Assembly (NCBI GenBank): GCA_902523535.1
Contig: CABYZQ010000004.1
Coordinates: 39,241 to 103,240, forward strand
DNA from: an uncultured Pelagibacteraceae bacterium
GTDB taxonomy: Bacteria > Pseudomonadota > Alphaproteobacteria > Pelagibacterales > AG-422-B15
Reading direction: 5' to 3'
Length of the DNA: 64,000 bases
In this document: one piece after another, positions 1 through 11,123 of the stretch
Position numbering within the stretch: the first letter of the stretch is position 1
Layout of the letters: each line of letters opens with the position of its first letter
Program-made: the position numbers and the translations under genes
Notes under the pieces: model-generated
Databases searched by the model: none
What the model was told of the DNA's origin: nothing
Seen by the model: the letters and a program-made list of their open reading frames with translations, nothing else

Positions 1-593
1 TTGATAGTTTGTTAAATCGATTAGGGCAAGGTGTCGGTTATGACATTTTGAAAAAAGATGAAATTATCAATGAAAAACTAGGTTTGAATGCCAATTCAAG
101 TGGAAATTTGGCTGATCTAATTAATTCTAATAGCAATTCTGGTTCAGGCTCAAGGACAGTTGAAGAAATCGTCAAACGATTTCAGGAGAAAAGTGAAAAC
201 ATCGTCTCTGAAAGTAATGGAAAACAAATTGTAAATCTGATTAAAAATTTTTTAGGTTTAAACGCTTCTCTTGATACTTTTCCGAATATTTTAAGAGAGT
301 TTGTAAGTAATCAAAAGCTTGATTTTTTTAAAAAAGAGATTGATGGCATTGAAGAATTCAAGAACGCCGTCTCATCTGAAATGGATATATCTAAAATTAA
401 TTTTAATAATGACTTTGGACATTCAATTGAATTTTATGATGGTGTTATGTTCGAAATCTATGATCAATCAGGCAATTTAAAGATAATAACTGGTGGAAGA
501 TACGATAAGTTACTTAATATTTTAGGGTCCAGAAACAATCTGTCAGCTATAGGGTTTGCAACAAATAATAATAATTTAAGTAAAATTATATAG
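1..593 (+). CDS. hisZ: ATP phosphoribosyltransferase regulatory subunit HisZ (C-terminal part, 5' end outside window)
   Basis: The ORF is open to the window edge. It has the HisS-like class II core motif ITGGRYDKLL and ends 2 nt before a short-form hisG. Confidence 0.6.
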   Translation, partial: DSLLNRLGQGVGYDILKKDEIINEKLGLNANSSGNLADLINSNSNSGSGSRTVEEIVKRFQEKSENIVSESNGKQIVNLIKNFLGLNASLDTFPNILREFVSNQKLDFFKKEIDGIEEFKNAVSSEMDISKINFNNDFGHSIEFYDGVMFEIYDQSGNLKIITGGRYDKLLNILGSRNNLSAIGFATNNNNLSKII

Positions 594-595
594 TC

Positions 596-1297
596 ATGAA
601 ATTTGAAAATAAATTAAGGATAGGATTACCTAGTAAAGGCAGATTAAGAAAAGACATGGAGAAACTATTTCTAGATAAAAATATTACTTTTGAAAATCTT
701 GTAAATGATAGAGATTATATTGGTACAATAGAGGGACTAAGAGATACAGTTCTATATTTTTTAAGTGCTAAAGAAATTACCAATAGACTTGATGAGGGAT
801 CAATTCATGCAGGCTTAACTGGTGATGACCTCATACAAGAAAAAATTTTCAATTTTAATTCAAAAATAACAAAGGATCTGGAGTTAACTTTTGGAAAAGC
901 GGATCTGGTTGTTGCTGTACCGGATATCTGGATTGATGTAATGACGATGGCTGATTTGGAAGAAGTAAGCAATAATCACAGAGATAAATATTCAAAAAGG
1001 TTGCGTGTAGCAACTAAATATAAGAATTTAACAAATAATTTCTTTTCTAAATGTGGAGTTGTTGATTATAGAACTGTTGAAAGTGATGGCTCTACTGAAA
1101 GTGCGCCTTTCAATGGTTTTTCAGAAATCATCACTGATATAACATCAACAGGTGAAACACTAAGGGCTAACAATTTAAGAGTTCTTGATGATGGCATAAT
1201 CCTGAAATCATCAGCAAATATCTTTTCTTCAAAAGTTGCGGAGTGGGATAAAGAAATAGAAAATAATTATAAAAATTTTATCAATAAGTTTGAATAA
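596..1297 (+). CDS. hisG: ATP phosphoribosyltransferase, short (HisZ-dependent) form
   Basis: 233 aa. N-terminus LRIGLPSKGRL and the motif DITSTGETLRANNL are typical of HisG. It is adjacent to a hisZ-like gene. Confidence 0.85.
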   Translation: MKFENKLRIGLPSKGRLRKDMEKLFLDKNITFENLVNDRDYIGTIEGLRDTVLYFLSAKEITNRLDEGSIHAGLTGDDLIQEKIFNFNSKITKDLELTFGKADLVVAVPDIWIDVMTMADLEEVSNNHRDKYSKRLRVATKYKNLTNNFFSKCGVVDYRTVESDGSTESAPFNGFSEIITDITSTGETLRANNLRVLDDGIILKSSANIFSSKVAEWDKEIENNYKNFINKFE

Positions 1298-1325
1298 AAA
1301 AAACCCGGCGAGGCCGGGTTTTTTT
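1296..1325. terminator. Bidirectional rho-independent terminator between convergent hisG and groEL
   Basis: An A-run is followed by the GC stem cccggc (1304-1309), loop gag, gccggg (1313-1318), then a T-run. This is a perfect 6-bp GC stem in an AT-rich background and reads as a terminator on both strands. Confidence 0.8.
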
Positions 1326-1346
1326 AAAGTTTTTTTAGAATGATTA

Positions 1347-2999
<1,653 letters not shown>

Positions 3000-3020
3000 T
3001 TATTCTCCTTGATTTAAGAT

Positions 3021-3341
3021 TTATTTTTTCTTTTTTGATTTTGATTTTGATTTTTTTTCAATGACACCCATGATGTCAGACTCTTTCATGATACATAGCT
3101 CTTCCCCATCAACTTTGACTTCAGTGCCAGACCATTTTCCAAACAGGACAATATCTCCTGCTTTTAAATCTAATGGTGTAACTTTTCCATCTTCAGATTT
3201 TGTTCCTGACCCAACAGCAACAATTTGTCCTTCTTGAGGTTTTTCTTGAGCTGTATCAGGAATGATAATCCCTCCAGCAGTTTTTTCTTCAGTGTCTAAT
3301 CTCCTTACGAGAACACGATCATGTAAAGGTCGAAAATCCAT
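3021..3341 (-). CDS. groS: Co-chaperonin GroES (Cpn10) with a C-terminal Lys/Ser tail
   Basis: The N-terminus [12 protein letters not shown] is canonical GroES and the gene lies 24 nt upstream of groEL. At 106 aa it ends in [11 protein letters not shown]. Confidence 0.97.
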   Translation of the reverse strand: MDFRPLHDRVLVRRLDTEEKTAGGIIIPDTAQEKPQEGQIVAVGSGTKSEDGKVTPLDLKAGDIVLFGKWSGTEVKVDGEELCIMKESDIMGVIEKKSKSKSKKKK

Positions 3342-3386
3342 TTTTAATCTCCTAAATATTTAATATCTTTTGCTTAATTACCTAGG

Positions 3387-3415
3387 CATATAGTGATCCA
3401 GTGCGTATGTGTCAA
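3387..3415 (-). promoter_or_regulatory. Candidate groESL promoter (TTGACA-17 nt-TATATG on the minus strand)
   Basis: On the minus strand, TTGACA lies at 3415-3410 and TATATG at 3392-3387 with a 17-nt spacer, about 45 nt upstream of the groES ATG. This is a sequence match only. Confidence 0.4.
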
Positions 3416-3479
3416 GAGGGGCTTCAAAAACGAATAATTATAAAAGATGACAAAAAATGCCTATTTTACAACACTTTGA

Positions 3480-4250
3480 CTACTGTTCAGACTCTCCACC
3501 GTCTATAACTATATTTTGTCCAGTCATAAACGAGCCTGCTTCAGACGCAAGGTAGACGGCGGCTCCTGCGATTTCGTCTGGCATGCCAATTCTTTTGAGC
3601 GCTGATTTCGCCGTTGTTACCCTCAAAATGTCTTCGTTCTCCCAAAGTGCACGTGCAAAATCAGTCTTGATTAGCCCCGGAGATATACAATTTGCTCTAA
3701 TATTATTTCTACCATACTCCACAGAAATATTCCTTGCTAACTGAGAATCAGCGGCCTTGCTAATAGCATAAGCGCCTAACATACTGCTTCCGTGTAGACC
3801 TGCTATTGATGAAATTATAATGATAGAACCACTTTTTATTTTTACCATATCGGGCAGTATTTCGTTACATAGCCAAAAGTTACTCTGTACATTTGATTTC
3901 ATTATTTTTTCAAATGCTTCATCTGGTATGTTGTTAGATGGCCCAAAATATGGATTTACAGCCGCGTTGCATACTAAAGTTGTTATACTCCCACAAAACT
4001 CCTTTGATTTAACATACAAGTTTTTTAACTGTTCTTTGTCAGAAATATTACATGATATTGCTGTAGCGGTATCCTTACCAAACGTACTATTAATTTCTTC
4101 TGCAACGTTCTCGCATGCATCAATTTTGCGACTTGTTATTATTACTTTGGCGCCATGCTCAGCCATTCGATATGCAATAGCCTTACCTATGCCACGTGAA
4201 GATCCAGTAATAATTGCATTTTTATCTTTTAAATTAAAAAGTGATGTCAT
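3480..4250 (-). CDS. Short-chain dehydrogenase/reductase (SDR) family oxidoreductase
   Basis: 256 aa with the cofactor motif TGSSRGIGKA, NAAV, and the catalytic YAISKAA (YxxxK). Confidence 0.85.
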   Translation of the reverse strand: MTSLFNLKDKNAIITGSSRGIGKAIAYRMAEHGAKVIITSRKIDACENVAEEINSTFGKDTATAISCNISDKEQLKNLYVKSKEFCGSITTLVCNAAVNPYFGPSNNIPDEAFEKIMKSNVQSNFWLCNEILPDMVKIKSGSIIIISSIAGLHGSSMLGAYAISKAADSQLARNISVEYGRNNIRANCISPGLIKTDFARALWENEDILRVTTAKSALKRIGMPDEIAGAAVYLASEAGSFMTGQNIVIDGGESEQ

Positions 4251-4310
4251 TTAATTACGAACTGATTTAAAAAAAAGATTATAAGTTAATAAAATAATTT
4301 CAATAAAAAT

Positions 4311-5177
4311 ATGAATATAAATGAAGTTAAGAGTGTTGAGAGTTATTCACTATCCTATAAAGCAATTTTATGTGATCTCTGGGGAGTAATTCATAATGGT
4401 GTTGAAATTTATGCTAGCGCTCTCACTTATCTTGAACGCATGAAGGAGCATGGAATTGATGTTTATTTGATTTCTAATGCCCCTCGTCCTAATTATGTTG
4501 TTCAGGAGGGTTTGACAAATAAACTTGGACTTAATCCCGATCTTTATAAAGATATTTATACCTCTGGAGATATAGGAACGAAGTTTGTTAATAAAAAAAT
4601 TCATGGTGAAAGTTATTTTCATCTAGGCCCAACTAAGGACTATGATCTATTAGAAAATATAAATATTAGTAAGGTAGATAGTATTAATGAGGCAGATTTC
4701 ATTTTAACAACAGGACTTTACGATGACAGTTTTGAAACTCCTAAAGATTATAATGATTTATTTAATGACTTCATTGAGAAAGAAAAACCTATTGTATGTG
4801 TAAATCCTGATGAAATTGTTTATCGAGGATTAAACTCTATTTTTTGTGCTGGAGCTTTAGGCAAATATTATGAAAAACTTGGTGGTAAAGTAGTATATTA
4901 TGGAAAACCATACGTTGAAATTTATGACCAAGCTTTTCAAGATTTGAAAAATATGAATAATATTGAAAATAAGTCAGATATCCTTGCAATCGGGGACAGT
5001 ATCAAAACCGACTGTCTTGGTGCACAAAACTTTAATTTGGATTTTGTCTTTATTATGAATGGTATACATAAGGATCAAATATCAGGTAAAAATAACATTG
5101 AAGATATTAGCAATCTTGTGGAAAATATTCTTTCAAGAGATACAAAAGAAATCACAGTTTCTGATTTTCTAAAGTGA
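4311..5177 (+). CDS. HAD-superfamily hydrolase, subfamily IIA-like
   Basis: 288 aa with the nucleophile motif LCDLWGVIHNG, the later GDSIKTD motif, and a cap region of IIA size. Confidence 0.7.
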   Translation: MNINEVKSVESYSLSYKAILCDLWGVIHNGVEIYASALTYLERMKEHGIDVYLISNAPRPNYVVQEGLTNKLGLNPDLYKDIYTSGDIGTKFVNKKIHGESYFHLGPTKDYDLLENINISKVDSINEADFILTTGLYDDSFETPKDYNDLFNDFIEKEKPIVCVNPDEIVYRGLNSIFCAGALGKYYEKLGGKVVYYGKPYVEIYDQAFQDLKNMNNIENKSDILAIGDSIKTDCLGAQNFNLDFVFIMNGIHKDQISGKNNIEDISNLVENILSRDTKEITVSDFLK

Positions 5178-5183
5178 AATAAA

Positions 5184-6143
5184 GTGAAAATATTTAAAGA
5201 TCTTAAAAAGACGTATAATTTTACGAAAGACTCTATCCTTATAATTGGTAACCTTGATGGTGTTCATAAAGGTCACCAATCAATAATATCGTTAGCCAAG
5301 AAACTTAGTAAAAAAAAAGATGCAAAAGTTGGAGTATTACTTTTTGATCCTCATCCTAGGAGGTATTTTGAAAAGGATAATAAAGGTTTTTTATTAACAC
5401 AGGTTGATACGCGTCTAGAAATTTTAAAATCCCATAAAATTGATTATGCGATTGTCTTAAAGTTCAATAAGAGCATTGCAACAATGACGCCTAAATTATT
5501 TTGTAAAAAAATTCTTTTTTCAGGCATAGCTATGAAGAATATTTTTGTTGGTAAAAATTTTAGGTTTGGGAATAAAAGATCTGGCGACTATCGGTTTCTA
5601 TCAAATTTTGGAAAAGAACATTCATTTTATGTGACACCCATAAATTTAGTGGAAACAAATAAAATACTTCACAAAAAAACAAAAATGAAAATTTACTCTT
5701 CATCAAACATAAGAGCTTTAATTCAAAAAGGAGAGGTGAAACTTGCCAACAAATTTCTTGGGGCTCCGTTTACAATTGTCTCTAGAGTAATGAAAGGTGA
5801 TCAAAGGGGGCGAACAATAGGAGTTCCAACAGCAAACCTTAAAATTGATGAATATATTCAGCCTAACCATGGGGTTTATGCTGTTCGTGCACAAGTCATG
5901 AATAAGAGTGCAAAGGGAAAGAATTACAAGGGAATTGCCAATTTTGGAGTCAGACCGACTTTTGATAAAAATAAGCCCTTATTAGAGGTTCACTTGTTTA
6001 ATTTTAATTTGAATATTTATAATTCTTCATTAAAAGTAGAATTTATTGACTTCATTAGGAAAGAAAAAAAGTTTTCTGGAATAGATTCATTAAAAACTCA
6101 ATTGAAAATAGATATATCCAAAGCTAAGAAAATCTTAAATTAA
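5184..6143 (+). CDS. ribF: Bifunctional riboflavin kinase / FAD synthetase
   Basis: GTG start. Motifs GNLDGVHKGHQ, FDPHP and GDQRGRTIGVPTANL are present. Conserved ribF-ileS-lspA gene order. Confidence 0.9.
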   Translation: MKIFKDLKKTYNFTKDSILIIGNLDGVHKGHQSIISLAKKLSKKKDAKVGVLLFDPHPRRYFEKDNKGFLLTQVDTRLEILKSHKIDYAIVLKFNKSIATMTPKLFCKKILFSGIAMKNIFVGKNFRFGNKRSGDYRFLSNFGKEHSFYVTPINLVETNKILHKKTKMKIYSSSNIRALIQKGEVKLANKFLGAPFTIVSRVMKGDQRGRTIGVPTANLKIDEYIQPNHGVYAVRAQVMNKSAKGKNYKGIANFGVRPTFDKNKPLLEVHLFNFNLNIYNSSLKVEFIDFIRKEKKFSGIDSLKTQLKIDISKAKKILN

Positions 6144-6147
6144 TAAA

Positions 6148-8958
6148 ATGACCGCTAAAGATGATAAAATAGATTTTAGTGAAACTTTGTTTTTGCCTAA
6201 AACTTCTTTTGCTATGCGTGCGGGTCTGCCTGAACAAGAGCCAAGCATATTAGAGGATTGGGATAAAAATAATCTTTACCATAAATTAAGAAACAATTCG
6301 AAGGACCGAAAGAAATTTGTACTTCATGATGGCCCACCATATGCAAATGGCCATCTTCATATGGGTCATGCTTTAAATAAAGTTTTAAAAGATTTTGTTG
6401 TTCGGTCACAGCAAATGCTTGGCCACAATAGCTCATATATTCCTGGCTGGGATTGTCATGGCCTCCCGATAGAGTGGAAGATTGAAGAACAATATCGAGA
6501 AAAAGGAAAAGATAAAGACGAAGTAGATATCATTCAGTTTAGAAAAGAATGCAGGGAATTTGCTAAAAAGTGGATTGATATTCAAAGATCGGAATTTATT
6601 AGGCTTGGAGTAACTGGAGATTGGTTCAATCCCTACACTACAATGTCTTACGAAGCTGAGTCTACAATTGTGAAGGAGTTTTTCAAATTTTTGGAAAATG
6701 AGAGTTTATATCGTGGCTCTAAACCAGTTATGTGGTCAACAGTTGAAAAGACCGCATTAGCTGAAGCTGAGATAGAATATAAAGAACATAAATCGATAAC
6801 AATTTTTGTAAAATTTCCAGTTATTTCTTCACTGGAAAATAATGATGTAAATACGTCGGTTATTATTTGGACTACAACTCCATGGACTATACCAGCAAAT
6901 CGAGCCATAGCTTTCAGTAAAGATATAAGTTATTCAATTTATTCTGTTGATGGATTAGAAGAAAACAGTCTATTAAAAGAAGGAGAGCAAATTATTATTG
7001 CTGATCAATTGATAGACAATGTAAGAACCCAGTGCAAAGTAAAAGAGCTCACAAAAATTAGAGCAATCAAAGACTTAGATCAAATAATTTGTGGACATCC
7101 TTTCAGAGATTCAGGGTATGATTTTGAAGTTAAATTATTTGATGCTGATTTTGTAACGTTAGAACAAGGAAGTGGATTTGTTCATATAGCTCCAGGTCAC
7201 GGAGCAGATGATTATAATTTAGGCATTGCAAATAATGTCGAAGTTCCAGAAACAGTAGATGAGAATGGTCAATATTTTGACAATGTTCCCCTTTTTAAAG
7301 GCAAAAAAGTATTTAATGATGATGGCTCTGATGCAGACGCGAATGTAGCAGTGATTGTTGAGCTTAAAAATCATAATAACCTTGCAGGCAAAGGATCACT
7401 CAGGCACAGCTATCCTCATTCATGGAGATCTAAAGCTCCTGTCATATTCAGAAATACTCCTCAGTGGTTTATTAGTATGGAAAAGAATGGTTTAAGGTCA
7501 ACGGCACTTAATGAAATAGACAAAGTTAATTGGTTCCCTAAACAAGGTAAGAATAGAATATATTCGATGATTGAAGATAGACCTGATTGGGTTGTTTCAA
7601 GGCAAAGAGCTTGGGGTGTTCCTCTATCTATATTTTACAACATAGAAACTGGACAACCTCTAATTGATAAAGAAATTAATCAAAAAATAATCGATCTGTA
7701 TAAAGAAGAAGGATCAGACGCTTGGTTTAAATACTCTAAAGAAGAATTGTTGGGAGATAAGTACGATCCAAATGATTATAAAAAAGTTGATGATATTCTT
7801 GATGTTTGGTTTGATTCTGGCTGTACCCATTCCTTTGTTTTAGATGAAAAGGAAGATCAAATGTGGCCTGCATCTCTTTATTTAGAAGGCACTGATCAAC
7901 ATAGAGGATGGTTTCACTCCTCACTTTTGGAGTCATGTGGAACCAGAGGGATTGCTCCTTATGAGTCGGTCTTGACGCATGGTTTTGTTCTTCACGAAGA
8001 TGGACTAAAAATGAGTAAGTCTTCAGCTAATATAGTTTCACCTGATGAAATTATAAATAAATCTGGAGCAGATATTTTAAGACTATGGGTTGCAAGCAGC
8101 GATTATTCAGAGGATTTAAAGATAGGGCCTGAAATCATGAAGAGCAATGTTGATAGCTACAGAAGGCTGAGGAATACATTACGTTTCATTCTTGGAAACT
8201 TATCTGAATTTAATGATAATGAAAAAATTTCATATGCAGAACTCAGTGAGCTTGATCAATATATTTTATCTCAGTTAGAGGAGCTAAAAAAAGAAGTAAT
8301 AGAAAACTATAAAATATTTGAATATCAAAAAGTTTTTTCTGCAATATTTAATTTTTGTACTAATGATTTATCATCTTTTTATTTTGATATTAAAAAGGAT
8401 GTTCTTTACTGCGAATCTAAGGACAGCCATATCAGGATGTCTACTCGAACAGTATTAGATAAACTATTCTATAATTTGCTTACCTTACTCGCGCCTATTT
8501 TATGTTTTACATCTGAAGAGGCTTGGCAAAGCAGACTTGGAAAAGAATCAAGTATCCATGAAGTTGATTTTCCAGTCTTAGAAAGTGATGTTATTAATAA
8601 AGAGCTCACAAAAAAATGGGATTTATATAAGCAGTTGCGTAAGGCAATAAATGGCGCAATTGAGGTAAAGAGAAAAGAAAAAGTCATCGGCTCAAGTCTT
8701 GAAGCATCTGTAACACTCTTTTCAACAAAAAATATTAATGAAATTGATAGTGATACACTTGAAAATATTTCAATAATAAGTGAATTAACAATATTAAACG
8801 AAAAGCCACCAGAAGGCTCATATATTTCTGAGTCAGAAAAAGATGTAGGTATTGTAGTTAAGAAAGTTGATGGCAATAAGTGCGAGAGATGCTGGAAATA
8901 TTATCCTAATCTAGAAAAAGATATTTGTTTACGTTGTGAGCAAGTTATGAATCAATAA
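6148..8958 (+). CDS. ileS: Isoleucyl-tRNA synthetase
   Basis: 936 aa with the HIGH-type motif PYANGHLHMGHAL, KMSKS (LKMSKSS), and a C-terminal Zn-finger CERCW...CLRC. Confidence 0.97.
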   Translation: MTAKDDKIDFSETLFLPKTSFAMRAGLPEQEPSILEDWDKNNLYHKLRNNSKDRKKFVLHDGPPYANGHLHMGHALNKVLKDFVVRSQQMLGHNSSYIPGWDCHGLPIEWKIEEQYREKGKDKDEVDIIQFRKECREFAKKWIDIQRSEFIRLGVTGDWFNPYTTMSYEAESTIVKEFFKFLENESLYRGSKPVMWSTVEKTALAEAEIEYKEHKSITIFVKFPVISSLENNDVNTSVIIWTTTPWTIPANRAIAFSKDISYSIYSVDGLEENSLLKEGEQIIIADQLIDNVRTQCKVKELTKIRAIKDLDQIICGHPFRDSGYDFEVKLFDADFVTLEQGSGFVHIAPGHGADDYNLGIANNVEVPETVDENGQYFDNVPLFKGKKVFNDDGSDADANVAVIVELKNHNNLAGKGSLRHSYPHSWRSKAPVIFRNTPQWFISMEKNGLRSTALNEIDKVNWFPKQGKNRIYSMIEDRPDWVVSRQRAWGVPLSIFYNIETGQPLIDKEINQKIIDLYKEEGSDAWFKYSKEELLGDKYDPNDYKKVDDILDVWFDSGCTHSFVLDEKEDQMWPASLYLEGTDQHRGWFHSSLLESCGTRGIAPYESVLTHGFVLHEDGLKMSKSSANIVSPDEIINKSGADILRLWVASSDYSEDLKIGPEIMKSNVDSYRRLRNTLRFILGNLSEFNDNEKISYAELSELDQYILSQLEELKKEVIENYKIFEYQKVFSAIFNFCTNDLSSFYFDIKKDVLYCESKDSHIRMSTRTVLDKLFYNLLTLLAPILCFTSEEAWQSRLGKESSIHEVDFPVLESDVINKELTKKWDLYKQLRKAINGAIEVKRKEKVIGSSLEASVTLFSTKNINEIDSDTLENISIISELTILNEKPPEGSYISESEKDVGIVVKKVDGNKCERCWKYYPNLEKDICLRCEQVMNQ

Positions 8959-9462
8959 ATGATATATAGGCTTTCTAAATTTTTTTTACTAATATTATTT
9001 TTTTTCGCTTTAGATCAAATAAGTAAAAATATAATTATACAACTTTACAGCATCGATGTTGAAAATTTAAGTTCCCAGTATTTAACCTCAATTAATGAAT
9101 ACATAAATTTATATTTAATTTGGAATAAAGGCTTTGCCTTTGGGTTATTTCAAAATGACATAAGGATTGTAAATAATATTTATATGATTTTAATGGCTGC
9201 AATTATTGTCGTGGTGTTCATTTACGCCTTAACCATTAATAGCAAAGTTTATTATTATGGATTTAGTTTAATAATTGGAGGTGCATTAGGCAATCTTTTT
9301 GATCGTTATCAGTATGCAGCAGTATTGGATTTTATTGACGTGCATTATAATAATTTCCATTGGTATGTATTTAATATTGCTGATATAAATATAACTCTTG
9401 GATGTATCCTAATAATAATTTTAGAATTGTTTTCAAATAGAAAGAAAAAAAATGAAATATAA
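8959..9462 (+). CDS. lspA: Lipoprotein signal peptidase (signal peptidase II)
   Basis: 167 aa and polytopic, with motifs NKGFAFG and FNIAD. It starts immediately after the ileS stop. Confidence 0.85.
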   Translation: MIYRLSKFFLLILFFFALDQISKNIIIQLYSIDVENLSSQYLTSINEYINLYLIWNKGFAFGLFQNDIRIVNNIYMILMAAIIVVVFIYALTINSKVYYYGFSLIIGGALGNLFDRYQYAAVLDFIDVHYNNFHWYVFNIADINITLGCILIIILELFSNRKKKNEI

Positions 9463-10114
9463 AATAACCAGTCGATACTTTCTATTGATAGTTTTTTTTA
9501 TATTTATTTCTTGTTCTAATAATACAGTAAGAGATTATACGTCACTTAAGCAAAAAGCACTAGAAATACCCCCTGACTTTGAGTTATCACCTCCAGTTGT
9601 GAATGATGACTCTGCAAGTGAAGAGCTGCCAAATGAAGAAGTGGTAGAAGATATTGAAGAAATACTAACAAGTGATAATAGTGCGAAAACTAGTGAAAAG
9701 ACTGAGAGTTCATCTTTAGAAGATTTCATTGATAGTAATTTTGTTAATGATGAAAAAGAAGAAGTATCAAATGAAGTAAACACAAATGACGATACTGAAT
9801 CCCTAGACGTTTTGGTAAATGACGACTTACCTGATCAGCCTACTGATGTCGAAAATACAAATGATACAGAAGAGATGATTCAAGATGATCAAGCCCAAAA
9901 TAATGAGTCTCAAGAAACCAATTTTACTGAAGAAAAGTTGCTAGATGAGTTATCAAATGTAGATGATATAACATCGCTTCCAGAAGAAGAGCAGTTGAAG
10001 CCTGAGATTATTGAAGAAGAAGTTTATGACGATCCTACAGTTTACGATGATGACCAAGATTTAAATGATCTATTGAACAGAGTGGATGATTTACTCAACT
10101 CATATTCAAATTAA
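9452..10114 (+). CDS. Acidic lipoprotein of unknown function (possibly DUF3035-like)
   Basis: A signal peptide ends in the lipobox-like FISC. The segment ALEIPPDFELSPPV is followed by about 170 aa extremely rich in D/E/N/S/T. The ORF overlaps the lspA stop by 11 nt. Confidence 0.6.
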   Translation: MKYKITSRYFLLIVFFIFISCSNNTVRDYTSLKQKALEIPPDFELSPPVVNDDSASEELPNEEVVEDIEEILTSDNSAKTSEKTESSSLEDFIDSNFVNDEKEEVSNEVNTNDDTESLDVLVNDDLPDQPTDVENTNDTEEMIQDDQAQNNESQETNFTEEKLLDELSNVDDITSLPEEEQLKPEIIEEEVYDDPTVYDDDQDLNDLLNRVDDLLNSYSN

Positions 10115-10125
10115 ATATTCTATAA

Positions 10126-11121
10126 ATGTTTAAGTTTTTTAGAGATCCAAAATGGTTTTACTGGGCATATATTGGTTCAGCAATTATTTTATCGTCATTA
10201 TGGATTCAGGTACAAATTGACGTAAAAATTAATGAATGGTTTGGTGAATTTTATGACATGATACAAGAGGCGTTGTCAGCTCCTAACGTAATTACTATAG
10301 AAGAATATTGGGCAAGTCTTTTATCATTTATAACTTTAGCTGGCATGTATGTGGCTGTAGCAGTTCTTGTAAGTTATTTTACTAATCATTTTCTATTCAG
10401 GTGGAGAACCGCAATGGTAGAATGGTATCATTCTGTTTATGACAAAGCCCGCAAAATTGAAGGGGCCTCACAGAGAGTCCAAGAAGATACAATTAAATTC
10501 TCAAGAATCATGGAGTCTCTTGGAACGAGTTTGATCGAAGCATTAATGATACTGGTTGAATTTATGCCAATTTTATTTGGCCTGAGCATTGGAATTCCAA
10601 TATTTTTCTTTGGTGAATGGGAATATGGTTTAGTTGTTGGGGCGTTGGTGTGGTCAATTGGTGGTACATTATTTTTAATTATTCTTGGTTTTATTTTAAG
10701 ACTTGTTGGAATCGAATATGATCTTCAAAAACAAGAAGCTGCATATAGGAAAATGCTCGTAATTGCTGAGGACGATGAGACTGTGAGGCCAAAAACTCTT
10801 GAGGAATTGTTCGGTGATGTAAGGCAGATACATTTTCTAAGTTATATAAGATACCTATATTTTGATATTGGCCGTGTTGCATTTTTACAGGCAAATGTTT
10901 TATCAGCGTATGTATTTTTAGCACCCGCAATCGTTGCAGGCGTTGTTACCCTTGGGGTTATGCAGCAGATAATCAGGGCATTTGGAAGAGTTGAGGGATC
11001 AATGCAGTATCTGCTAAAAGCATGGCCTACGATAATTGAGCTCGCAAGTGTTTATAAGAGACTAAGAGAGTTTGAAAGACAAATTGATGAAGTTTTAATT
11101 GAAGAGGAAACTCCTGTATAA
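10126..11121 (+). CDS. SbmA/BacA-like inner-membrane transporter
   Basis: Strong by-eye similarity to E. coli SbmA across FRWRTAM...IEGASQRVQEDT and the EAAYRK...GEDD-like segments. At 331 aa it is shorter at the N-terminus than the roughly 400-aa SbmA. Confidence 0.85.
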   Translation: MFKFFRDPKWFYWAYIGSAIILSSLWIQVQIDVKINEWFGEFYDMIQEALSAPNVITIEEYWASLLSFITLAGMYVAVAVLVSYFTNHFLFRWRTAMVEWYHSVYDKARKIEGASQRVQEDTIKFSRIMESLGTSLIEALMILVEFMPILFGLSIGIPIFFFGEWEYGLVVGALVWSIGGTLFLIILGFILRLVGIEYDLQKQEAAYRKMLVIAEDDETVRPKTLEELFGDVRQIHFLSYIRYLYFDIGRVAFLQANVLSAYVFLAPAIVAGVVTLGVMQQIIRAFGRVEGSMQYLLKAWPTIIELASVYKRLREFERQIDEVLIEEETPV

Positions 11122-11123
11122 AA

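Noticed and set aside
3342-3479. I searched for a CIRCE (HrcA) operator, TTAGCACTC-N9-GAGTGCTAA, upstream of groES.
   Set aside because: No match to either half-site was found. Only a sigma70/sigma32-like -35/-10 pair is visible.
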